Below, one piece after another: positions 1-9,327 of a stretch of 64,000 bases of DNA. The translations under genes were made by a program, and so were the position numbers. The stretch comes from a virus. Positions within the stretch are counted from its first letter, which is position 1. Every line of letters starts with the position of its first letter. The notes beneath the pieces are model-generated. The model was given only the letters and a program-made list of their open reading frames with translations, made no database searches and had not been told where the DNA came from. The DNA lies in IMG/VR virus record IMGVR_UViG_3300004097_000003, positions 1,002 through 65,001 of that record. One strand, written 5' to 3'.

Positions 1-400
1 TAGGTATGCCCATTTTAATTCTAGATATATGTAAGGCAAGGGCCCCTAGAACAAGCTGTACCTCATGTGAATTACGCATACCTATTAGATAATCTATTAT
101 TACACCTATAGCCGCATTTATATGAGCTACGGTTATTAGTGTACCCTGCTCACCGATAAAGACTACATCATAGGTCTCTTTTCTATCGAGGCTTTGTACG
201 TCAACCGGGAACTTAAATACAATGCCCATTTGAATAAGCATAGTTTCAACGTCAGCTACTTCGCAGGCTAGGTCATATAAAGAATCGTTATGGTTACGCT
301 TAATACTAATATGATAGGTATTTATTATCTGCGCCGATAGCTCATTAAGTTCTTCGATAGTTTTCAATGTCTGCTCACGTTGGCCTTTGTGGGCCAACAT
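1..400 (-). CDS. MazG-like NTP pyrophosphohydrolase (3' end runs off window)
   Basis: Not in ORF track. Manual translation from ATG at 400: MLAHKGQREQTLKTIEELNELSAQIINTYHISIKRNHNDSLYDLACEVADVETMLIQM..., open to base 1. EExxEL and EVADV acidic motifs are typical of MazG-like proteins. Confidence 0.6.
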   Translation of the reverse strand, partial: MLAHKGQREQTLKTIEELNELSAQIINTYHISIKRNHNDSLYDLACEVADVETMLIQMGIVFKFPVDVQSLDRKETYDVVFIGEQGTLITVAHINAAIGVIIDYLIGMRNSHEVQLVLGALALHISRIKMGIP

Positions 401-404
401 AGTA

Positions 405-764
405 TTACACATTTTTAATAAATTCATTGCTATTCTTCCTGTGGCTAATATTATATACTTCGTCGTACATACGGCGACTGTTTGGACATAAGGCATTTAC
501 GATACGACCAGAACACACGCTAACCCTGTTCTTAAAGCGTAGGCCTTTCTTCGCATAGTTGACTTCGTAGTCGTCGGTATGTCCTTTCTTGTGGTATTCA
601 ATTCTGTACTGGAGTAATTTCTCCAAGAGAAGTCCATCGGTGAAGATTTTAGTTTTGATGTGCCTACTGATACTGCAATCAAGCATAAGGTTTTGGCAGT
701 CATTGGCTTTCATCAATTCGTTAATACGTGCGGCAAGTTGTCGTGCAAGGTACTCAGTAATCAT
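405..764 (-). CDS. hypothetical protein (119 aa)
   Basis: ORF tightly packed in co-directional block; no motif recognised. Confidence 0.7.
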   Translation of the reverse strand: MITEYLARQLAARINELMKANDCQNLMLDCSISRHIKTKIFTDGLLLEKLLQYRIEYHKKGHTDDYEVNYAKKGLRFKNRVSVCSGRIVNALCPNSRRMYDEVYNISHRKNSNEFIKNV

Positions 765-1244
765 TTATTTATCCACGAATTGTTTGTATACGTTCTGTAT
801 TATGAAGCTAGTCAAGGCGTTTATGTCATGTCGCCATACAGTAGAGAACACTAAGGACAAATGATTCTCTACGTATTTGAATAATTCATCGGATGTCCCA
901 TTGAAACTTTCATATAGTTCCTTTACGGAAACATCCCATCCACCTAGACCTCCACCTTTAACACTAAGCGCCGTACTGTATGTATGCAACACGTTACCTT
1001 CGGGCTCGAAATATAATTTTAAATCGCTGTAGCTGCCTATAATACCAAAAAGACCTAATGCCTCTGACCTAGATTGATTTTCGTTGGTATTATTAATTAA
1101 GAGTTCAATACACGCTTTTGCTTCTGCGCCTAGCTCATTAGGCTTTCTGCGGATTAGTACCAAATTGAATGAAGGAAGAGAAGCTGACATGGTATTACCA
1201 TCGGCGCTATCAATTTTAAATAAATTTAATTTTACTATTTTCAT
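765..1244 (-). CDS. hypothetical protein
   Basis: ORF 765-1283; ATG at 1244 (MKIVKLN) abuts upstream stop, so preferred as start. Confidence 0.7.
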   Translation of the reverse strand: MKIVKLNLFKIDSADGNTMSASLPSFNLVLIRRKPNELGAEAKACIELLINNTNENQSRSEALGLFGIIGSYSDLKLYFEPEGNVLHTYSTALSVKGGGLGGWDVSVKELYESFNGTSDELFKYVENHLSLVFSTVWRHDINALTSFIIQNVYKQFVDK

Positions 1245-1245
1245 G

Positions 1246-1605
1246 TTAATCCCATATAGGGTCCACTTGTAACCAAGCTTCACCGTTGTTTATAAAAATA
1301 CAATCGGCTGATTGCACAAAACATGCCGTACCGGGCGATATCTCAATATTCATTAAGTTGGATATATGCTGCACATCACTTATGAAGGTAGTACCTAATA
1401 TACTAGAATAGAATCCTAAGGATATACTAGGTTCTGACTTGATGCCTTCTCGACCGAACGCCATCATAGCCTTAGCTAGGTCATCCTCCTTTATAGGTAT
1501 GACTACTACTGCCTTAGCTAAGATCTTTAAGAAAGATATTTTGTAGGAACAGGCTGATTTGACAAAAAACCTATCTATTAAATTCTGGACTTTACTATCT
1601 TCCAT
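1246..1605 (-). CDS. hypothetical protein (119 aa)
   Basis: Packed ORF, RBS-like GGAG upstream. Confidence 0.7.
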   Translation of the reverse strand: MEDSKVQNLIDRFFVKSACSYKISFLKILAKAVVVIPIKEDDLAKAMMAFGREGIKSEPSISLGFYSSILGTTFISDVQHISNLMNIEISPGTACFVQSADCIFINNGEAWLQVDPIWD

Positions 1606-1936
1606 CTCTAAGCTCCTTTACCCTATTGTCTAATACTATTTTGTAGTTGTTACCGTGGCAGTCATCAGGACTGCACCAGCACACCAGTGCTATCTTCTCA
1701 CCCTTTAATACCCTAAGAGCAAGTAGATTTAACTGTTTACGTAAATAACACTTACGTTTCATCTTTCTATTTACATAATCACGATGGGCAGCTATTGAGC
1801 GTCCTCGAGTATCTCGGTGCTCATTGTTACCAAACATCGTTGTCCTATCTATAAGAATGTGTGTGTATCCTTCAGGTATAGGTGCAGCACCTGCTCTCTT
1901 ACTTACAACAATAATATCATCAGGTTCGAATAGCAT
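1595..1936 (-). CDS. DUF4326 domain protein
   Basis: IDRTTMFGN and KIALVCWCSPDDCHG match the DUF4326 GNPF and LxCWCxPxxCHG motifs. Confidence 0.75.
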   Translation of the reverse strand: MLFEPDDIIVVSKRAGAAPIPEGYTHILIDRTTMFGNNEHRDTRGRSIAAHRDYVNRKMKRKCYLRKQLNLLALRVLKGEKIALVCWCSPDDCHGNNYKIVLDNRVKELRDGR

Positions 1937-1955
1937 TATTAACCTCCGTTAATCA

Positions 1956-2519
1956 TTACTGACAGGCAAAGTCCCTAGAAGCTTTCGCTTCATGTAAACA
2001 GAAGGCATTAGCAATCATTTCTTTAGTTATATTAGGATTAACTTCCCACGTTGCTTTTTTAACACAAGCACCTTCAGTGCCGAACAAGTCTTCGGTTATG
2101 CTAGGCTTATTATATCTAGTTAGCATAAGTATCGTAGGAATTTTCTCTTCCGTGCACACTTCACGTAGGGCTGTCATAACCCAAGTTACTTCACGGCCGT
2201 TTAGACCACACCAGTCGAAGTCTTCAAGTACTATTAATTCAGGTACCTTAGAGAACCTCGCGAGGTGCTTTATGTGATTAGTTATATCGCCAGGTGACAT
2301 GGAGTATTCGAATACGTCACTGTTTGGGTATTCTTTTCTGTCACGTGCGGCTGAGGTAGAAAATACCATCATATTACATTTAGTATCTAATTCTTTTATT
2401 ACCTGTGACTTACCCGAGTGGCGACCCCATATAACTTTAAGCTCCTCGGTAGCAGACTTGTCCTCAATGCTACTAAGGACGTCATTGATTAAATTGATTT
2501 GCTCAGGAAATAGATTCAT
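1956..2519 (-). CDS. degenerate terminase-large-subunit ATPase-like P-loop protein (187 aa)
   Basis: VIWGRHSGKS (Walker A, terminase GRxxGKS type), LIVLEDFD (Walker B-like), C-terminal ATWEVNPNITKE...RDF; no nuclease domain. Confidence 0.5.
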   Translation of the reverse strand: MNLFPEQINLINDVLSSIEDKSATEELKVIWGRHSGKSQVIKELDTKCNMMVFSTSAARDRKEYPNSDVFEYSMSPGDITNHIKHLARFSKVPELIVLEDFDWCGLNGREVTWVMTALREVCTEEKIPTILMLTRYNKPSITEDLFGTEGACVKKATWEVNPNITKEMIANAFCLHEAKASRDFACQ

Positions 2520-4465
2520 TAGTATATATCCTTAAGTCCATCTAAACCGTATCCTCTCTCAGGGGCAAGCTCCTCAGAAGTAGGACCCTTAGAAGTGTCA
2601 TACTCCACTAGGTCGACGGGGACTGTATCAAAGAAATAAACTGAATCCTCACTATCGTGTTTCTCATAATAGAAGTTACCTGTGGCATTAGGGACTCTGG
2701 TTATGAAAAGCTCATTCATGGCCCTCGTCAAGCACACGTATAGGATTCGTCTCTCTTCTTCGATCTGCTTATCACTACCTTGACTTCGGGCGTGTGGATA
2801 GGAACCCGAACTTACATTAAGTGCAAAGCAGATTTTAGATTCAGCGCCTTTGGCGGAATGAACTGTTATTATAGTTACTAAGTCATCTTCGTCCGTTCTA
2901 TCGGCTTCGGTCGAAGACATAGGTTCCAAAGTAAACGCATCAACAAAACGCTTAACCTTCTTATATCGCTTAGTGATCTTTTGGATAAGATCAAAATCTT
3001 TTTTCCTCTTATCCCAGTCCTTATATCTATTTTTCAGTAGATTAGACATAAGTTCGATAGACGCAGCGATACATTTTTGTGTATCTTCCTTGAGGGCTCG
3101 AATACGTTTAAATTCATCTATGGCCGCTATCCCATGGCGCTCCATACCTTCGTCACTGATGGTACCTTTATCTCTAAAGCTACTTACTATGGTATCTGCC
3201 GTCTTCTGTCCGACTTTAGGCCATAGCTGTAGGTATCTTGACCAGGCAAGGTCGTCACGCCTGTTTACGACTAGGCGTAACAGTGAAACTAAATCTTTAA
3301 CATGAGCTGCTTTGTTGATAGCAGTTCCGCCTACGAATAAGTAGGGAATACCTCGTTTAAGGAATTCCGCTTCCACATAGCGAGCATCGTTGGCTGTTCT
3401 AACTAAGACCATCATATCGTTATAGGCTATATCTTTACTATATCTCTGTTCGATCTGATCTGCGACGTACCAAGCTTCTGTATAGTTGTTTTTAAAATCC
3501 AAAAATTGAGGCTTGTATTCAGCTAGGCCCTTAGCCGCCTTTAAGTTGGCGCTGTAATCTAAGTTAGACTGACCTAACAGCCAGTTCGATACATCTAGAA
3601 TTTCTTGATTACTACGGTAGTTAACATTTAAAGGAATGACTTCGCTACTTTTGAAGTTCTTCGTAAACTCGTATATATGCTTGAACTCAGCGCCCCTAAA
3701 GCCGTATATGGATTGCGCAGGATCTCCTACACAAAACAAACGGACTTTTTCTTTCGCAAATAGTCGCAGGAATCTAAACTGAATAGGATTTGTATCTTGG
3801 ACTTCATCTACGCTCATTTCGTGAAATCTTGAACATAAATCTTTTCTGAGTTTCGGTTTTGCTTTGAGTGTTTTGACTACCATATCTAAAAGATCATCGA
3901 AGTCCAGGTAACCTCGTTTCTTCTTTGCTTTCTTATATGCAGAAATAATCGACTGACTCTTTTGGATTTCTTCGTCACATAGGTCTGTGTTTTCTTCAAG
4001 GTAGCTCTCTATGTCAATACAAGTGTTTCGACTATATGAGAAATATTTAAGTAGCTGGGTAGAGGTTACATCTAACTTATTCTTCTTATTTTCAAATTCT
4101 TTCCGCGTAAGATCCAGTAGAATCTTCTGGTCCTCAGAATCTAAAATAGTGCTACCTTTAAGCCCGAAACTTTTAGGCATTCGTTTTATCATACGTAAAC
4201 ATATAGAATGGAAAGTACCTGTGACTATTTTACGAGCATCAGGGCCAATAGCCTGCGTAAGCCTGTCTTTAATTACTTTGGCTGCTCTGTTTGAGAACGT
4301 TATTATGATAAGTGCTTTTGGGTCTACGCCTATGCTTATTAGGTACTCGGCCCGTGATATAATCACTTTAGTTTTGCCCGTACCTGCCCCAGCCATTACT
4401 AATAAATTATTAGATGGACCTTCATAGTAAGCGGCTTTAGCTTGTTGTGTATTTAATTTAGACAT
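2519..4465 (-). CDS. uvrD: UvrD/PcrA/Rep superfamily 1 DNA helicase
   Basis: AGAGTGKT, VDEVQD, VGDPAQSIYGFRGA, NYRS, TVHSAKGAE, EERRILYVCLTRA. Confidence 0.95.
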   Translation of the reverse strand: MSKLNTQQAKAAYYEGPSNNLLVMAGAGTGKTKVIISRAEYLISIGVDPKALIIITFSNRAAKVIKDRLTQAIGPDARKIVTGTFHSICLRMIKRMPKSFGLKGSTILDSEDQKILLDLTRKEFENKKNKLDVTSTQLLKYFSYSRNTCIDIESYLEENTDLCDEEIQKSQSIISAYKKAKKKRGYLDFDDLLDMVVKTLKAKPKLRKDLCSRFHEMSVDEVQDTNPIQFRFLRLFAKEKVRLFCVGDPAQSIYGFRGAEFKHIYEFTKNFKSSEVIPLNVNYRSNQEILDVSNWLLGQSNLDYSANLKAAKGLAEYKPQFLDFKNNYTEAWYVADQIEQRYSKDIAYNDMMVLVRTANDARYVEAEFLKRGIPYLFVGGTAINKAAHVKDLVSLLRLVVNRRDDLAWSRYLQLWPKVGQKTADTIVSSFRDKGTISDEGMERHGIAAIDEFKRIRALKEDTQKCIAASIELMSNLLKNRYKDWDKRKKDFDLIQKITKRYKKVKRFVDAFTLEPMSSTEADRTDEDDLVTIITVHSAKGAESKICFALNVSSGSYPHARSQGSDKQIEEERRILYVCLTRAMNELFITRVPNATGNFYYEKHDSEDSVYFFDTVPVDLVEYDTSKGPTSEELAPERGYGLDGLKDIY

Positions 4466-5148
4466 TAGCAGAATCTATCCTTCTGTAATCTATAGTAAGT
4501 AGAAGCTATATGTTCAATAACCTCATGTTTGGGTATGCAGACAACCTTAACACCTTTGGCCTGCAGATCAAGTAGTGGTTGTACGAGCCTATGCTGTTCG
4601 GTGAAATAAACTTCTTTGATGCCTGCCTTTAATATCCGTATACAGCATAACTCACAAGGACTACGAGTGGCCACTATAGATAAACCTTTTGTGTCTATAG
4701 ATAGGTCTCCAAGTTTGTCTAAAGCATTACGCTCTGCATGTATTACGATGTCTTGACCTAGGCTTTCGCCTTCATCATCTTCACATCTATTATCAGTGCC
4801 TGACTTCGTTCCATTGTAGCCGTCGCTTAGTATATTTGGAACGTCATGTCTATTATCGACTACTAACGCTCCTACCTTTAAATCAACAGCGTGTGATAAT
4901 TCGGCATTAGTGTAGGCTTTCGCTAACCAGCTAATAACATGCTTACGTTTAAGGAGACTGTACTTTGTAGCATCGTAGGCGATATATCCGTCTGCGCCCG
5001 TGTAAGAACCCGCAGAGTCAAGTCCTTGTAGGGTAGTAGGTCCCCCTGACATAAATTCTGTAGGAACAGCGAATGCCTTGGCAATCTTACTTAGTACACG
5101 GCTGTGGTCGATATCAGGCTCAGGTTGAGGTTTATTAAGATCGGTCAT
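4465..5148 (-). CDS. dCMP deaminase family protein
   Basis: KVGAL, GYNG, HAERNA and SPCELC zinc-binding motifs; about 60 aa N-terminal extension. Confidence 0.9.
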   Translation of the reverse strand: MTDLNKPQPEPDIDHSRVLSKIAKAFAVPTEFMSGGPTTLQGLDSAGSYTGADGYIAYDATKYSLLKRKHVISWLAKAYTNAELSHAVDLKVGALVVDNRHDVPNILSDGYNGTKSGTDNRCEDDEGESLGQDIVIHAERNALDKLGDLSIDTKGLSIVATRSPCELCCIRILKAGIKEVYFTEQHRLVQPLLDLQAKGVKVVCIPKHEVIEHIASTYYRLQKDRFC

Positions 5149-5486
5149 TACTTCTTCCTCATTCTTCCAATAGGATTGCGACTGGCTGCATCGTATAGGT
5201 CCCAGACGATAGGTACACTCTCAATACCTAAAGGTAGTTTCGTATATAGGATGCCTCCATGGACAGGAGTAGCAAACTCAAACTGTGAACTTTCTCTAGC
5301 TCCTAACTTAGACTCTATCCAATTACGTAGAGTGTAAATGACTCGACCTGAGGTAAAGCATCTATGTAATCTTCGTATGTCTTTAAATGATATGAATACT
5401 CCGAAGGTAGATCGTATTGAAGAGGATTCGTACTGTATCTCCCGGCTGTGACTCATAGGTTCTTTTAACGTCCACCATCTATTCAT
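5148..5486 (-). CDS. hypothetical protein (112 aa)
   Basis: ORF with GAGGT RBS, stop overlaps next start. Confidence 0.7.
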   Translation of the reverse strand: MNRWWTLKEPMSHSREIQYESSSIRSTFGVFISFKDIRRLHRCFTSGRVIYTLRNWIESKLGARESSQFEFATPVHGGILYTKLPLGIESVPIVWDLYDAASRNPIGRMRKK

Positions 5487-5503
5487 AAATTTTACCTCAA
5501 TAT

Positions 5504-5524
5504 AAAGAAAGGGACCTAAGTCCC
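5504..5524 (-). terminator. intrinsic terminator
   Basis: Minus strand GGGAC-TTAG-GTCCC followed by TTTCTTT, just after stop of 5541-6020. Confidence 0.7.
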
Positions 5525-5540
5525 AATCAAATAAGTTAGT

Positions 5541-6020
5541 TTACTGTTCTCGACTCAGTCTACGGAGTCTAGCCTCTTCTAACAATAGTTCAAATTTAAC
5601 TTCATCGGCCTTTATATCTTCAACAGTTTCGATAACTTCAATCTGTTCAATGTTTTCGGCTTTGGTGATAGTAACTCGGTCGGTACTATCAACTACGTTT
5701 GTATTAAACGGAGATCGCTCTTCTGGATTGGATGAAATTGACAGGTTTGCTTTACGCCTTTCTTCGTTGTAGTTTTGCCTAATCTCATGAGTGCCTTTAG
5801 TCCAAGCACTATGGATTAATCCTACTCCGTAGAAGAGTGACCAGTACCCAAACAACGCTGCAAATATAGCATATAAGATAGTACGAAATTCCTCTATAAA
5901 GAAGTCTCTGTCTACTGCCCAGTACTTAATGCGCAGCGCGTGGTACTGTCTCATTCGAGGGTGCAGGATATAGACAAAAGGATATATGATAATTAAAAAT
6001 ATTTTAGCAATAATCCCCAT
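5541..6020 (-). CDS. membrane protein (two hydrophobic segments)
   Basis: IIAKIFLIIIYPFVYIL and ILYAIFAALFGYWSLFYGVGLI, followed by a charged tail. Confidence 0.7.
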   Translation of the reverse strand: MGIIAKIFLIIIYPFVYILHPRMRQYHALRIKYWAVDRDFFIEEFRTILYAIFAALFGYWSLFYGVGLIHSAWTKGTHEIRQNYNEERRKANLSISSNPEERSPFNTNVVDSTDRVTITKAENIEQIEVIETVEDIKADEVKFELLLEEARLRRLSREQ

Positions 6021-7060
6021 TACTTATCACCATCTTCGCAAGAACCATCTTCCGAATTAGCATCACACTCAGAGGCAGCAGACACTTGAGCTTCAACCGA
6101 TGCAATACGTTCCTTGAATGCTTTAAGCGCAGAAGCATTATTTACACTTACATTTGTTGTTTTCTCTAGTGCGGGTAATAGCATAGAAGGGTCAACCGCA
6201 AAAGGAATACCCGCATCGGCAAAGCGATTCGCAGTTTGCTGCCAGCCGTACGCTAATGTTCTAGGTGACATAAAATCCCGCTGAACCCCAAGCAACTCAA
6301 GTTCGTTTAAAGTTTCTTTCATACGGATAAGTTGCATACGAGCCATGCGGCGTTCTTTCATATCCAGTTCTTGTTTCTGTATAAGGTCATCGGAGATTAA
6401 ACCTTCTTTACGTTTTTTCTTATCGATTAACTCACTAGGCTGGGCTATTCTACGTACCTGTACTTCAAGTACAATTAAAGGGCTGTTAATTTCTTCTAAA
6501 TGGTCTTCAACGGCTTTACGCATTTTATCAAAGATATTACCGTTCTTTGCTATATTATAGTAAGCTACGCTTAACGTAAGAGGTTCAAGTATAGGTCGGA
6601 TTTTAGATTTTATGGCAGCAGGGTTTAAATCAACCGAAGTTATGTCATACATGTTTGTTCTGAAAATTTGGTTATCCCGGGTATTACCTGTAACGCTGTA
6701 TTTATATTGCTTGGCCGTTAACATAGCGCGTTCTCGTATTTTAGCAGAACCACCTAGTTTACTAAAAGCTACCTTAATATCAAGCTCCAGTGTTAAGTCC
6801 ATATCATTAGACATAGGCATTGCGTACTCGCCTTTGATGTTTACTATTTCCTGGTGGGCTGGGAATATGTGGGCATCGTCACAGTGCTTTTCACAAAAAT
6901 CATTAAGCATGATGTTTTCACCGCTATACATACGTGTGTCCCACTCACCGCTAGATAGTAATTCGAAGGCAATTTCGTTTTGTTTAACAGGCACAACTTT
7001 AGTACATGCAGTTATACACAGGACTACCATTAATACGGTAATGGTTTTATATATACTCAT
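6020..7060 (-). CDS. SPFH/Band-7-like lipoprotein
   Basis: Lipobox-like VLCITAC, central segment SNDMDLTLELDIKV, PLIVLEVQVRRIAQP, then C-terminal coiled coil: SPFH layout. Confidence 0.55.
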   Translation of the reverse strand: MSIYKTITVLMVVLCITACTKVVPVKQNEIAFELLSSGEWDTRMYSGENIMLNDFCEKHCDDAHIFPAHQEIVNIKGEYAMPMSNDMDLTLELDIKVAFSKLGGSAKIRERAMLTAKQYKYSVTGNTRDNQIFRTNMYDITSVDLNPAAIKSKIRPILEPLTLSVAYYNIAKNGNIFDKMRKAVEDHLEEINSPLIVLEVQVRRIAQPSELIDKKKRKEGLISDDLIQKQELDMKERRMARMQLIRMKETLNELELLGVQRDFMSPRTLAYGWQQTANRFADAGIPFAVDPSMLLPALEKTTNVSVNNASALKAFKERIASVEAQVSAASECDANSEDGSCEDGDK

Positions 7061-7305
7061 TTTATTTCCTTTATTTTATCAACAGGCCAACTGACCCAAA
7101 TGTTATGGCTACCACTAGTGTAACCTCTACAGCCTTGACTGCTAGTATCGAACTGCGTCCAGGGCATATTAGTTTCTTTACAGATACCGTTGTTCCACGC
7201 TTGCTTCTCAGCCTGCCTTGCGTATACAGCTACCAATGAGATGGCGATGATGAAAAGTAAAGCAGGCCAATACTCTAATGTGAATGAGGTAATAATTAAA
7301 TTCAT
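7057..7305 (-). CDS. small membrane protein (WNNGIC...SQGCRGY type)
   Basis: N-terminal TM segment and WNNGICK...FDTSSQGCRGY motif seen in phage hypotheticals. Confidence 0.7.
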   Translation of the reverse strand: MNLIITSFTLEYWPALLFIIAISLVAVYARQAEKQAWNNGICKETNMPWTQFDTSSQGCRGYTSGSHNIWVSWPVDKIKEIK

Positions 7306-7313
7306 AGTAACCT

Positions 7314-8024
7314 CTACAAGAATCGTTCAGGTATAGCACCCTTGACTATATGAAGGCAATCCTCGTATGAGTACGTACAGCTATACATACAATAATACAT
7401 GTTAGCCACAATAGTTACGACTTCTGTATCTTTGTTTATGCTGCCCCACATCCCGAGACCTGGCCACAATACAGCCTGGGTATTACGTTTAACAAAAACA
7501 TTATCTTTCTTATATCTTAGGATTTCAGAAAATACTGTTCTTATGTCACAATTAGATACCATCTCGCCAATGTGTCCCGACACGTCTACTCTATAAACAT
7601 TACGCACAAGCTTCCCGAAACTTAGGACAAGTTTCGTTCCTTCCGTAACAGTAGTAACCGAGTGAGGAATTATATCAGGCCTAAAGGTAATAGAATCGAA
7701 GCCTAATAGTTTTCGTCGCTTGATATATGCGGCCTTATTCTTCTTATGTCCCCATAGTTGAAGGACACCTCCACGTAAGGCATTACGTAAGGTGACGTCC
7801 GTTCTAAGATAATCATATCCTGCCCACCAGTGAGAATTATCTACGTGTTGGCATATCTTAGTGCCTTCTTGATACTTAATTAATTTAAGGTCACGCCTGA
7901 TTAACTTGCTTAGCCATTGAGGTATGAGCCACATGACTAAGTATGGAGTTAAGAAGCTTGCGTTTTGCTTGTGTTCAATCCACTTTAAGAACTTTCTATT
8001 TTTCCAGAGGTACATTACCTTCAT
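7314..8024 (-). CDS. 2OG-Fe(II) oxygenase (prolyl-hydroxylase-like fold)
   Basis: LIKYQEG..QHVD (HxD), GGVLQL, ITFRPDIIPHSVTTVTEGTK (distal His and basic 2OG ligand). Confidence 0.8.
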   Translation of the reverse strand: MKVMYLWKNRKFLKWIEHKQNASFLTPYLVMWLIPQWLSKLIRRDLKLIKYQEGTKICQHVDNSHWWAGYDYLRTDVTLRNALRGGVLQLWGHKKNKAAYIKRRKLLGFDSITFRPDIIPHSVTTVTEGTKLVLSFGKLVRNVYRVDVSGHIGEMVSNCDIRTVFSEILRYKKDNVFVKRNTQAVLWPGLGMWGSINKDTEVVTIVANMYYCMYSCTYSYEDCLHIVKGAIPERFL

Positions 8025-8820
8025 CCTTACTAATATTGAAGTTTACATTAACAGATTTAACAGTTGCATTAGGCATTATATGCAAATCAACTATCGTTTT
8101 AGGTGTTTGTATAGTAGCAGTGAAGCTCGCGTTTGTTCGGGCGTTATCTGTCCACATCTCCTCGTCAATCTCATACAAGAAACGACTCTTACCTTCTTCA
8201 CCTGTAGGGTTATAGTCTACTACACTAGGCTCCAAGTTAATGAAGCTACGTGCCTGAAGCTTATATCCAAATAACAAGTGATACCATTTAACATCTTTAA
8301 TGGTACTGCCTAGTACTCTACAAAGATATCTATTCCACATACCGCGTGCAGCACTAACGCCTTTCATTGTAGTCCATGTTTCTTGGTGTGCTGCTACTTT
8401 ACTGTCAGTTAAAGATTTACATTGCACCATGGACTTCATCTGTTCTTCGAGGCTAGCGGACATGTCCTCTATCATATCGTCGTTAGTTGGCTTGTTGATG
8501 TAAGCCGCAGTGACTTCCTCTACACTCTTTTGTACCATAGAGTTAAGGCGTCTTATAGCAGCGGCCTCTAGGTCATTATGATCGTTCTCGACTGATGTGG
8601 GACCCCAAATAGAAGGTTCTTCTTCTAAATCAATTTCATCGAGATTCCCCACTTTAGGATCATGATCAGTGGTCCATACTTTCCAAGTATCTCCTTCGAC
8701 GTGTATATAATCTAAGACCTTTTTAGGGCAATGTACGAAGCGGCCTAAGCCTTCAATGGTTAACTCCCTGCTAGGCTGGCAACCAACGATATCGCAAGGA
8801 CATTCCATATCCACACTCAT
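7996..8820 (-). CDS. hypothetical protein (274 aa)
   Basis: Long ORF in block; no motif recognised. Confidence 0.75.
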   Translation of the reverse strand: MSVDMECPCDIVGCQPSRELTIEGLGRFVHCPKKVLDYIHVEGDTWKVWTTDHDPKVGNLDEIDLEEEPSIWGPTSVENDHNDLEAAAIRRLNSMVQKSVEEVTAAYINKPTNDDMIEDMSASLEEQMKSMVQCKSLTDSKVAAHQETWTTMKGVSAARGMWNRYLCRVLGSTIKDVKWYHLLFGYKLQARSFINLEPSVVDYNPTGEEGKSRFLYEIDEEMWTDNARTNASFTATIQTPKTIVDLHIMPNATVKSVNVNFNISKDEGNVPLEK

Positions 8821-9326
8821 TAGTAGATACCTTTACTAGCCAGGACTTGGTTCATTTCCATTTTCATTTTCTCAACAGCCATTGCCATCATGTCTCCGAA
8901 CATATTAGTAGCCATGGTATTTGCGTGCTTTTCAAACTTGGCCTGCATAGCATCACTAGTGGCTATTTCAAGTTCTTCTTTATTATCAACCCATAGACGT
9001 TGAATACTACACTTCCAGTCGTCGCCTTCCAGAAGCTTGGTCATCATAGGCTGTATTTCTTCAATCATGGCAGACCACACCATGTTTCTGAAAGGAGAGA
9101 CCGAGGTCTGTACGTCATATAAAGTATCATTGCCGTGGAATCTACCATTGTATCTGCTAATGGTAACCTTTTTAGTAGGTTCTTCAAAGAATGCTTTCCA
9201 CTCTTTCTCCACAAGAGCTTGGAACTGTTCGTCAGGTAATAAGTCAATCATTGTACCTTTGACCATGTTGCCTACTTTTTCTTGTATAGCTTTTGGGTCA
9301 AAATTTGTCATAGCATTAGTGCTCAT
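8820..9326 (-). CDS. hypothetical protein
   Basis: Start moved to ATG 9326 (MSTNAM), which has GAGG RBS and follows upstream stop. Confidence 0.75.
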   Translation of the reverse strand: MSTNAMTNFDPKAIQEKVGNMVKGTMIDLLPDEQFQALVEKEWKAFFEEPTKKVTISRYNGRFHGNDTLYDVQTSVSPFRNMVWSAMIEEIQPMMTKLLEGDDWKCSIQRLWVDNKEELEIATSDAMQAKFEKHANTMATNMFGDMMAMAVEKMKMEMNQVLASKGIY

Positions 9327-9327
9327 G

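Noticed and set aside
5040-5100. Portal-like IAKAFAVP motif in the deaminase N-terminus
   Set aside because: Only about 8 residues; too short to support homology.
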